Shown: positions 1 to 7,110, counted from the stretch's first letter. The stretch is DNA of 16,485 nt from Thermoproteota archaeon (GCA_049700215.1 JBNAVT010000019.1:1-16485); one strand, 5' to 3'. Numbers and translations: made by a program. The notes: generated from the sequence alone by a model not told the origin.

Positions 1-742
1 AGAGCTCCCTCGCGGGCATCGCGAAGGAAACATAGCCCATTTCAACCTGCCTCCTAACGGCCCAATCCATCTGGCGAAGGTTAGCGCCCTTAACCAGCCC
101 AATCAGAGGAATATCCAGCTTAAGGAATTCGTTCGCTAGGGAGACGAGCCTCATCGTTTGAGACCAAGATTGATAAAGCGGAACATCAGTGTAAGTATAG
201 TTATCTGGAATCATTGTGGCGTCTGGCCCCAGCTCTCCGATCAGCCTAAAGTAGTCCTTGGTCTCAAGCCTATCTATAAGCTCGTCAGGCATAACCGTCG
301 ACAACAGTATTTTGCCATCGAAGCCAAGATAATCATGAAGACCCTTGCCCGAAGCCTGAACCAGCATGCTTCTATTCGTAAGCAGCTGCCAGAGTGGCAC
401 GAAAACCGCTGATACTTGAAAACCCTCCCTCCATATCCAGGATCTTTGGTCAGTAATATCGATCTCGGGCACAAACCTAGGGAATCTTACCTTTATCGTT
501 TGTTTTCTCCCTGGCGATGGAACCTCCAATGGAGGAGGTCTATTCTTGCCTCCAATCGGGCAATACTGTCTGAGCCTGCAGAAACCCTTGGGATGCGTTA
601 TCCCAATATAGGAAGCGCCCCTGATGCATTCATCCACCACGCAAGCCTCGATCACGCAGCCAATGCAAGGCTTCTTAAAATAGGGACAGCTTACGCAATC
701 AAGCCCACACTTGCTCCTCCTCAACGCATCATTTTTCAACAC
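1..742 (-). CDS. Cys-rich N-terminal domain + divergent TGT-like/DUF4417-like protein (partial, runs off the left edge)
   Basis: Not in the ORF track; translated by hand. The frame is open from GTG 742 (alternative TTG 748 or 739; in-frame TAA at 752-754) to position 2. It reads MLKNDALRRSKCGLDCVSCPYFKKPCIGCVIEACVVDECIRG...FCRLRQYCP...GKGLHDYLGFDGKILLS...ELGPDATMIPDNYTYTDVPLYQSWSQTMR...IPLIGLVKGANL. The CDS call is firm; the family is judged by motif resemblance only. Confidence 0.8.
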   Translation of the reverse strand, partial: MLKNDALRRSKCGLDCVSCPYFKKPCIGCVIEACVVDECIRGASYIGITHPKGFCRLRQYCPIGGKNRPPPLEVPSPGRKQTIKVRFPRFVPEIDITDQRSWIWREGFQVSAVFVPLWQLLTNRSMLVQASGKGLHDYLGFDGKILLSTVMPDELIDRLETKDYFRLIGELGPDATMIPDNYTYTDVPLYQSWSQTMRLVSLANEFLKLDIPLIGLVKGANLRQMDWAVRRQVEMGYVSFAMPAREL

Positions 743-796
743 TTCCAAGATTTAAGCAGATACGTCCAGCTGGGCTCAAATACTAACCTTTCTTGA

Positions 797-822
797 AGCC
801 TCGGGAGGGATTTGAACCCTCG
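797..822 (-). other. tRNA 3'-end module (T-arm + acceptor 3' strand + U discriminator), tRNA-Thr-like
   Basis: Minus strand reads C-GAGGG-TTCAAAT-CCCTC-CCGAGGC-T. Bases 804-822 are identical to 1067-1085 of tRNA-Lys, but the acceptor strand differs. No D arm or anticodon arm is recognisable upstream. Confidence 0.85.
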
Positions 823-986
823 GCAAGCAGATGTCCCGGCCTTCACATATGAGGCTGCTAACCTAAGTGGTAGGTAGCTTGCGGATAGCAGGCTTAGGAG
901 CCTAGTCGAAAAGGTATTCAAGTATCCGGAGAGCAAACTGCATGGTTGCAAGCTGGCCTCAGTAAAGGCCTCGCAGCCGATGAGGC
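797..986 (-). ncRNA. candidate ~190-nt structured tRNA-like RNA
   Basis: 5' GCCTC(ATC)GG (986-977) is complementary to 3' CCGAGGC. Nested, abutting helices fill 853-978, and their G-U wobbles form only on the minus strand. Folded by eye. Confidence 0.45.
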
Positions 987-1059
987 TTGAGGAAGGAAGC
1001 TAATTAATGAGCGCCCCATTACGCTTCGTGTTCACCCTAGGTATAGGATGTGGTTAGAG

Positions 1060-1164
1060 CGGGCCCGGAGGGATTTGAACCCTCGACCCTCAGGTTAAGA
1101 GCCTGCTGCTCTACCATGTTGCTCCGAGATATATTTAAATTTTTCTCGACTGAGCTACGGGCCC
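1060..1164 (-). tRNA. tRNA-Lys(CTT) with 31-nt intron at position 15/16
   Basis: GGGCCCG TA GCTC AG[intron]CATGGTA GAGC A GCAGG CT-CTT-AA CCTGA GGGTC GAGGG TTCAAAT CCCTC CGGGCCC G. CCA is not encoded. Confidence 0.95.
1119..1149 (-). other. non-canonical archaeal tRNA intron (relaxed BHB/BHL motif)
   Basis: Central 4-bp helix GCTC/GAGC, 3-nt bulges AG^T and AA^C, and an intron hairpin CGAGA...TCTCG. Removing it restores the D loop AGCATGGTA. Confidence 0.85.
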
Positions 1165-1188
1165 TCGCGTTTTCAGCGTAAGGGAGGG

Positions 1189-1204
1189 TAATTAAAGTTT
1201 TTCG
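1189..1204 (-). promoter_or_regulatory. BRE-TATA promoter of tRNA-Lys
   Basis: Minus strand CGAAAAAC-TTTAATTA, ending 25 nt upstream of the tRNA 5' end. Confidence 0.7.
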
Positions 1205-1485
1205 TTCAGTGTTTGGGCTGTGTGGATTGGGCATGGTTCAGGGTGCTGTTGATAGATTTTTGTTTCTTATTTGGACTTTTTATCTGGTTGAAGTGTAGGT
1301 TTTCCCCTGGTTTTCTTTGGTTTTGCGTGACAACAGTATTCTTTGTTTGTTGGCTTGCCGTGGGGTTTTTCTCCTCTGCCCGCTTCTTCCCGCATTGGTG
1401 GCATGGGGAGGCTCCGCCTCGCGCGCTTAAGCGGGGTTTTTAAAATTTTTAACCCTGTATGCTTACGGCTAGTGGTGGAGGCTTA

Positions 1486-1929
1486 ATGGGTAGAAGGAGC
1501 TTTGTCGTGCTTACTACGGGTGTTTTCGACATTATTCACCCGGGGCACATCAGGTTTCTGGAGGAGGCTAAGCGTCTGGCGGGCAAGGACGGCAGGCTTC
1601 TCGTGATTGTCGCGTGCGACAGCGTCGTCAAGGAGAGTAAGGGCAGGAGCCCGATGTTCAGGGCTAGGGACCGGGCTTTCATGGTTTCAAGGCTTAAGCC
1701 GGTTGACAGGGTTTACGTCGGGAGGAGGGGCGATATTGAGAAGAATATCGAATGGTTTCTGAAGAGGCTTAAGCCGGATATCATTGTCTTCGGCTACGAT
1801 CAGACCAGTATCATGAGGAGGACTAAAAGGGTTTTGAAAAGGCTTGGGCTTGAAATCAAGACTGTTAGAATGAGGAAGTTTTTCAACACGAGTTCAAGCA
1901 AGATTATTGAGAAGATTAGGAACACTTAA
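1486..1929 (+). CDS. ribL: FAD synthase (cytidylyltransferase family)
   Basis: TGVFDIIHPGH, KGRSP and PDIIVFGYDQ motifs and a C-terminal SSSKI. ATG 1486 follows GGTGGAGG (the ORF track starts at 1459). Adjacent to the riboflavin kinase. Confidence 0.85.
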   Translation: MGRRSFVVLTTGVFDIIHPGHIRFLEEAKRLAGKDGRLLVIVACDSVVKESKGRSPMFRARDRAFMVSRLKPVDRVYVGRRGDIEKNIEWFLKRLKPDIIVFGYDQTSIMRRTKRVLKRLGLEIKTVRMRKFFNTSSSKIIEKIRNT

Positions 1930-1957
1930 CGGAAGCCTTTTCCCCAGCCTGGTTCCC

Positions 1958-2641
1958 TCAAACCGTCTCCACAGTCTTGAACGTGAAGGTTACTGTGTCA
2001 CCGTCCCTGAGCCTCAGCTCCTTCCTGAGATTGTGGGGAGAAATTATTTCGACGACGGAGCTGTCGTAAACCGTTCTCAAAGCCTTAACTATGGCTCCCT
2101 CGTAATTGTTGCCCACGATAACCGGGTAGCAGTACCCGTCTCCAAAGGTTCTCTCATGGTTTGTGAAACCCTGGATGAAGACCGGTGGCTTGGACATTTT
2201 CTCGATGAGCAGAAGCTGATCCATATACTGCTCTATTCTAAGGTTCAGAGTACCCGGGTAAGGGTAGAAGCCGAGCTTAGAGTAGAACTGCTCCAGATAC
2301 GGTTTTTTAGAGACATAGTATGCTCCCTCGCCCAGCCCGGTGAAAACCTTCCCGGTGAAGACATACGCCTTGTCAACCCTGTTTATCAACGATAGGACTG
2401 TGCCGGCGTGAAGCTTAATCTGGCTCAACCCCCTGCTTGAAAGCTTTATCACCCTCCCCTTGGGCGTCATCACTGTTTCAACCAAGCCTTCCTTCTCAAG
2501 CTCCCTGAGATACCTGGAGGCGGATTGATGAGACACTCCGACAGCGCTCGAGAGCCTTCTCGTTGAAACAGGCTTCTTCTCCTCTCCAGCAAGCTTCGCA
2601 ATAGCGATCAGCATGAATATCTTCCTATACTCTTTCATCAC
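1958..2641 (-). CDS. ribK: CTP-dependent riboflavin kinase with N-terminal winged HTH (RbkR-type)
   Basis: HTH SHQSASRYLRELEKEG; kinase motifs GKVFTGLGEGAYY, PYPGTLN and VEIISPHNLRKELRLRDGD. Confidence 0.93.
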   Translation of the reverse strand: MMKEYRKIFMLIAIAKLAGEEKKPVSTRRLSSAVGVSHQSASRYLRELEKEGLVETVMTPKGRVIKLSSRGLSQIKLHAGTVLSLINRVDKAYVFTGKVFTGLGEGAYYVSKKPYLEQFYSKLGFYPYPGTLNLRIEQYMDQLLLIEKMSKPPVFIQGFTNHERTFGDGYCYPVIVGNNYEGAIVKALRTVYDSSVVEIISPHNLRKELRLRDGDTVTFTFKTVETV

Positions 2642-3257
2642 CAGCCACCAGCGTTAACGCCCTCCTGGAGAACTTGTGCGCAGCCTCAAGGGGTATGGGG
2701 AGACCCCGGTTCCCCAGGGTGGTTCTCCTAAGCACTTTGAACGCTCCTTCAAGAGTCACCATGTTTCCCACACTGTAGTAAAACCTGTCTTCAAACGCTC
2801 TTAAATTGTTAACGTTGTGCTCTGCGTCAAGCCTCCCCAATGGTTCTCTAGCAACCCCTATAGTGGGCTTCTTAAGAAGTACTCCGAGGTATGTGGCTAG
2901 GCCGCATTTCCTAGGGTGTGCAAGCCCATGGCCGTTAACCAGGAGGACGTCATACTCCCGGATGAACCTTCTGAGAGTAGGGAGGACAACCGGCCCCTCT
3001 CTGAAGCACAGGAGCGAGGAGAAATACGGTATTCGCGAACGGGTTCTGGAGACGCTTACAAGGATTATCCTGTTCTCCGGGATGCTGAAAACCGTGAAGC
3101 CCACGGCGGCTGAATCCCCACGGTAGGAAGCGTCAACACCCGCAACCCTCTCAAAGCCTCTGGAAAGACCATTCTGCAGCACAACCATTTCAGAGACGTG
3201 TCTCTGGGTTTCGCAAAGCCTCTCGTACAGAGCCTGACCCGGCTCAAGCCTCCACAA
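2625..3257 (-). CDS. nfi: endonuclease V
   Basis: AGVDASY, PY..LLCFREGP, LLVNGHGLAHPRKCGLAT, PTIGVA and LPIPLEAAH motifs. Start moved to TTG 3257 to avoid overlapping the translin gene (the ORF track gives 3377); the start is uncertain. Confidence 0.88.
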   Translation of the reverse strand: MWRLEPGQALYERLCETQRHVSEMVVLQNGLSRGFERVAGVDASYRGDSAAVGFTVFSIPENRIILVSVSRTRSRIPYFSSLLCFREGPVVLPTLRRFIREYDVLLVNGHGLAHPRKCGLATYLGVLLKKPTIGVAREPLGRLDAEHNVNNLRAFEDRFYYSVGNMVTLEGAFKVLRRTTLGNRGLPIPLEAAHKFSRRALTLVAGDERV

Positions 3258-3270
3258 GGGTTTAAACGCG

Positions 3271-3909
3271 TCAGCGGGGCTTCTCAAAGTATTTTTCCAT
3301 GGATGATAAGAATGCTCTCCTCCGCTGCTCCTCGTTAAGTATTGAGAAGGCGGACTCCACCGAAGACCTATTAACATCTATCTTCCTCTTGAAGCCGGGT
3401 AGGGCAGAGTCTCCGAGCGCGATCGCCGAAACATTCTCGTAGAGCTTCACCATTATCCTGTAGGTTTCCTCCGCCTCTTTCAAACGGCCCCTCCGAAGAT
3501 GCTCAAGCATGACTCTTTTCAACTCGCCTATGAAGTCTGAGACAGCGTAGAGAATAGAAGCAGGGGGAGGCTTAACCCTAAGCCTATACTGCCTGCCGGA
3601 TGTGAACCAGTATACTAGGACAGCCTCGAGAAACTCCTGGTATGTCTGCACTATCGGGGGCCATGTTTCCCACACTCCCTCCCGGTAAGCAGTCTTAACC
3701 AGCCTCGCAATGTCGCGCTGCACATCGTCCAGTATCCTTCTCGAAGCCTTAAAGTCCTGCGCGTAGGATTCTTTAACGGAGCTCCTACACTTCTTCACAA
3801 CCCTGCTTATGCTCCTCAACAGGTCGTACTTAACGTCCTCCTGCCTCTTCAAATACTCGTAGGACTCTCTGATGAGGAGGCTTACCCTGCTGTTTAAATC
3901 AGCCGTCAA
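3271..3909 (-). CDS. translin/TRAX (C3PO) family protein
   Basis: Helical protein with YQEFLEA, SDFIGELKR and FKRKIDVNR, the typical archaeal translin motifs, with the acidic residues intact. Confidence 0.85.
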   Translation of the reverse strand: MTADLNSRVSLLIRESYEYLKRQEDVKYDLLRSISRVVKKCRSSVKESYAQDFKASRRILDDVQRDIARLVKTAYREGVWETWPPIVQTYQEFLEAVLVYWFTSGRQYRLRVKPPPASILYAVSDFIGELKRVMLEHLRRGRLKEAEETYRIMVKLYENVSAIALGDSALPGFKRKIDVNRSSVESAFSILNEEQRRRAFLSSMEKYFEKPR

Positions 3910-3912
3910 AGC

Positions 3913-4113
3913 CTAGACAACTCTCACAGTCCTCTGCAGCTTCTTGTTCTGCCAGGAGTATCTTCTTATCCTCGGGCTCCTGCCGAAGCCGCATGCAGCG
4001 CAATACTTCTTCCTAATGTTGAAAGACCTTCTCCCGCATCTCCTGCATATCTTGTGCGTCGACTTCTTATGGAGCCGTCCGAAGGCTGTTGTACCCGCCG
4101 AGGTCTTACCCAT
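3913..4113 (-). CDS. rpl37e: 50S ribosomal protein L37e
   Basis: [14 protein letters not shown]...CAACGFG zinc finger; lies downstream of lsm as usual in archaea. Confidence 0.97.
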   Translation of the reverse strand: MGKTSAGTTAFGRLHKKSTHKICRRCGRRSFNIRKKYCAACGFGRSPRIRRYSWQNKKLQRTVRVV

Positions 4114-4119
4114 TCCCCT

Positions 4120-4368
4120 CTACTCCTTCTCCTCAGGCTTATACTCTATCGGGGGGGAGATCAGGATAACGTTGTCCCCCCTTATAACTATCAGTCCAAG
4201 CCTAGTCGTCTCGTTGCCCCTCAGCTCCTCAGCGTCGGAGAGAACAATGTTTAGATGAGGATCATACCCGTCTAGGATTCCACGTATCTTCGCTCCTCCC
4301 CTGAGCTTCACTATTATGCTCTTCCCCAGGGATGCTTGAAGCAGCTCCATCGTAGTGTCCGCGGACAA
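4120..4368 (-). CDS. lsm: Sm-like archaeal protein (SmAP1/Lsm)
   Basis: Sm1 motif GILDGYDPHLNIVL and Sm2 motif IRGDNV. Confidence 0.95.
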   Translation of the reverse strand: MSADTTMELLQASLGKSIIVKLRGGAKIRGILDGYDPHLNIVLSDAEELRGNETTRLGLIVIRGDNVILISPPIEYKPEEKE

Positions 4369-4465
4369 TTCTCAAGGATTCCGCGGGAAGCTTAAATAAA
4401 TACTTTTCCAGCTGACGGTGGGAAACAGGCTCCAGGCTTTAAAAACACGGCTTTTCCACGAGTGT

Positions 4466-6370
4466 TCAGAGAGCCCTGTAGGTTTCCAGAAGCCTAGGCG
4501 AGTAAACGTTCTCCCCATAGATCCTGCTGAGAAGCTTCTTCATGTTCTGAATCTTCTTAGCCTCCCCGTGGACGAGAAACAGGGGTCCCCTCTTAGTGTA
4601 TACTCGCCTCACGTAGTTCAGTATCTGGTTCCTGTCGGAGTGGCCGGAGAAGCCGTCAACCCTCTCTACAGTGCTCCTTATGGTTATTGCCTCAACCCTG
4701 CCGTTAGCATTCTGCATCGTAAGCTCCTTAAGCCCGTTTAAAACCCTGTTTCCAAGAGTCCCCTCTATCTGGTAGTTTACGAAAATCACTGTCGAGCTCT
4801 CCTGCGGCGCGATCAGCTTGAAATACTCTATCACCGGTCCTCCTTCAAGCATGCCTGAGGGTGAAAGAATTATGTTACGCCTGCCCTCCGTTATCTCCTC
4901 CCTCGGAATCGAGTTTTTAACTGGAATCATGTACTCGGATTTAAACGGGTTGACACCGTTGCTCATCATCATCTCCCTCAGGTCCTTAGACAAGTAGTTT
5001 GGGAATGAAGCATGTATCGCGGTCACCTCCGAGATCATGCCGTCCACATAGATCGGCACCTCAGGGATCCTCTTGCTCCTTATAGCGTTGTCTAGAACCA
5101 GCATTATCTCCTGAGCCCTTCCGACGGCGAGCGTGGGGATAAGGACGTTCCCATTCTTCTCCAGAGTGGAGTTAACCAGGGAGACAAGCCTGTTCTCAAC
5201 CTCCTCCCTCGGCGGCATCGTGTCGTTAACACCGCCGTACGTGCACTCCGTTATAAGCGTCTCAACCCTGGGGAACATTGTTGAAGCATGCTCGAGCAGA
5301 ATTGAGCGGTCGTACTTCAAGTCCCCGGTGAAAACAATGTTGTGAAGCCCCTCACCGATGTGGAGGTGGATTATCGCCGAGCCGAGAATGTGGCCAGCGT
5401 TCCTGAAAGTCAGCTTAACATCCGGAGCGACGTCGACGACCACGCCGAACTTCACCGGGATCGTGTGCTGCAGAATAGTCCTGAGATCCTTAAGCTCGAA
5501 GAACGGTGTAACACCGTTCTTCTGGAGAACATCGTAGAGATCGTTAAGCAGGAGGAACATCAAGTATACTGTGGGCTCAGTCATGTAGACTGGGCCGCGG
5601 TAGCCGTATTTGAAGAGCAGCGGGAGCCCACCCATGTGGTCCAGATGGGCGTGTGAAACCACGACGGCGTCAATGTCTTCAACCGAGACCGGTATCCTGT
5701 CGATCCTCGGGAAGGAGTCTGAGTAGGAGCTTGCAGCAGGGTTTATCCCGAAGTCCATTAGAACATTGCTCTCGTCGGTTGAAACAAGTATGCTGGACCT
5801 CCCAACCTGCTCAGCACCGCCGAGGAAGGTCAGAGTAATGTTTTCAGTCTTGAACAGGGGTTTCCTGAATATTCTCTCACCGATCTCCCTGAGAATCCTG
5901 AACCTTTCCTCAGCGTTCTGGTTGAAAACATACATTACCTGCGGTATGATTGTCGTGCTCAGCGGCGGTATTCTAATGATGCTGGGCTTCCAGCCTGTTT
6001 CAACCATAATGTCGTTCAGAATCTTCTCGCCAAGCTCCTCGACAGCATCCGGATGCCTGACGGAAACCAGAACCTCGCCGAAAACATCGTTGAACACGAC
6101 GGCCTCGACGCCAGCCTTCTTGGGAACCAGCTGTTTAATCGTCTTCTCAGCCTCTTCCTTCGGCTTCCTCGCTTTAACAGCCGGCCTCACGACGATCCTC
6201 TTCCTAAGCTGCTTCGCAACCTCAGCCAGAACCTGCTGCCCACTCATCAGGAAGCCCAGGTTCTCAACGTAGACGGCTATCGCAGGCCCCTCCATCTCTA
6301 TGCCGACTATCTGGGCCTCTCTAGGTATTTTCTCGAAGATTACTTCCTTTATATCCTTCTCAGAACTCAT
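4466..6370 (-). CDS. fttA: beta-CASP ribonuclease aCPSF1 / transcription termination factor FttA
   Basis: N-terminal KH region, SHAHLDH, AGHILG, TGD, ECTYG, FSGHSD and VHGE motifs; 634 aa; directly downstream of psmB. Confidence 0.95.
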   Translation of the reverse strand: MSSEKDIKEVIFEKIPREAQIVGIEMEGPAIAVYVENLGFLMSGQQVLAEVAKQLRKRIVVRPAVKARKPKEEAEKTIKQLVPKKAGVEAVVFNDVFGEVLVSVRHPDAVEELGEKILNDIMVETGWKPSIIRIPPLSTTIIPQVMYVFNQNAEERFRILREIGERIFRKPLFKTENITLTFLGGAEQVGRSSILVSTDESNVLMDFGINPAASSYSDSFPRIDRIPVSVEDIDAVVVSHAHLDHMGGLPLLFKYGYRGPVYMTEPTVYLMFLLLNDLYDVLQKNGVTPFFELKDLRTILQHTIPVKFGVVVDVAPDVKLTFRNAGHILGSAIIHLHIGEGLHNIVFTGDLKYDRSILLEHASTMFPRVETLITECTYGGVNDTMPPREEVENRLVSLVNSTLEKNGNVLIPTLAVGRAQEIMLVLDNAIRSKRIPEVPIYVDGMISEVTAIHASFPNYLSKDLREMMMSNGVNPFKSEYMIPVKNSIPREEITEGRRNIILSPSGMLEGGPVIEYFKLIAPQESSTVIFVNYQIEGTLGNRVLNGLKELTMQNANGRVEAITIRSTVERVDGFSGHSDRNQILNYVRRVYTKRGPLFLVHGEAKKIQNMKKLLSRIYGENVYSPRLLETYRAL

Positions 6371-7026
6371 CTTAAACCAGTCAGCCTCGTCTTCTCCTCG
6401 AGCGAGAGCTCCCTACACCCGTTCGAGTCGACAACCATGACTTCGAAATCGTTACCCGTGGCAGTGTCCCTCTGCATGGCTGCGAGAATGGATTTAACCG
6501 CGATGGGTATCGCCTCCCCAACCCTAACCGGGGGCTTGAGCTCAGCCTCAAGGTATCCGAGCGCGACAGGGGAGCCTGACCCAGACCCTACGAAAGCCTC
6601 TTTCGAGAAGCCTCCGAGCGGGTCTAGAACGTACAGGCTAGACCCCTCCCTGTCGTAGCCTCCTATTATCAGCTGAATGTAGAGGGGAGCAATGCGCGTC
6701 GAAGAAAGTATTATTGAAGCAATGTTAGCGGCTGCCTTAACAGGCATGTTAACTCCTCTCTCAAGCTTGTAGGACCTCGCCTCCCATTGGAGAGAGCTGA
6801 TAAGGGCCTGCGCGTCAGCGACTCCGCCTGAAATGGTTGCAGCAATATAGTCGTCTATCTTCAGAATCTTCTTGCCGCGTTTATGAGCGATAAAATAGTA
6901 TCCCTGGACAACCCTAGTGTCTGAAGCTAGGACAACGCCGTCAGTGCAGGATATTCCGACCGTGGTGGTGCCCCATAGAGGGTCAACTACTCCCATTCTG
7001 CCCGCTCTCATATTAATGCTTGCCAA
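6367..7026 (-). CDS. psmB: proteasome beta subunit, catalytic type
   Basis: Propeptide then G|TTTVG, ASDTR, GSGS and RDTATG. ATGA overlap with aCPSF1. Confidence 0.95.
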   Translation of the reverse strand: MASINMRAGRMGVVDPLWGTTTVGISCTDGVVLASDTRVVQGYYFIAHKRGKKILKIDDYIAATISGGVADAQALISSLQWEARSYKLERGVNMPVKAAANIASIILSSTRIAPLYIQLIIGGYDREGSSLYVLDPLGGFSKEAFVGSGSGSPVALGYLEAELKPPVRVGEAIPIAVKSILAAMQRDTATGNDFEVMVVDSNGCRELSLEEKTRLTGLR

Positions 7027-7065
7027 CTCTTCTAAACACCTCTAGAACCCGAACCGTCCCAAGTA

Positions 7066-7093
7066 GGGAAAGGCTTAAAGATAAATCTTTCCC
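7066..7093. promoter_or_regulatory. overlapping divergent BRE-TATA promoters (psmB-fttA and egsA)
   Basis: Plus strand GGGAAAGGC-TTAAAG and minus strand GGGAAAGA-TTTATC, forming a GGGAAAG/CTTTCCC inverted repeat. Confidence 0.55.
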
Positions 7094-7110
7094 CTATCCG
7101 TGTCAACACC

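Noticed and set aside
705-730. CxxxCxxC near the start of the left-edge gene as a radical SAM motif
   Set aside because: It is part of a nine-Cys cluster, and no other radical SAM motifs follow.
158-796. Plus-strand ORFs 158-412 and 416-796, and minus ORF 274-474
   Set aside because: Shadows of the longer minus-strand gene 742-1, which has coherent motifs.
736-951. 71-aa ORF as an SSV-type integrase fragment
   Set aside because: No integrase motifs; it simply reads through the structured segment and the T-arm. Not fully excluded without a profile search.
797-986. Multi-intron or permuted complete tRNA
   Set aside because: No combination of exons gives a D arm or anticodon arm, and no 5' half follows the 3' module.
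1001-1008. ATTAATTA as a dedicated promoter for the 986 start
   Set aside because: It lacks a purine-rich BRE and lies only 15 nt from 986, versus 25 nt for tRNA-Lys. It would fit a start near 977 at best, so it is not called.
1037-1443. ORFs 1037-1234 (-) and 1213-1443 (+)
   Set aside because: The first overlaps the tRNA; the second is a Phe/Trp-rich by-product of the T-rich composition.
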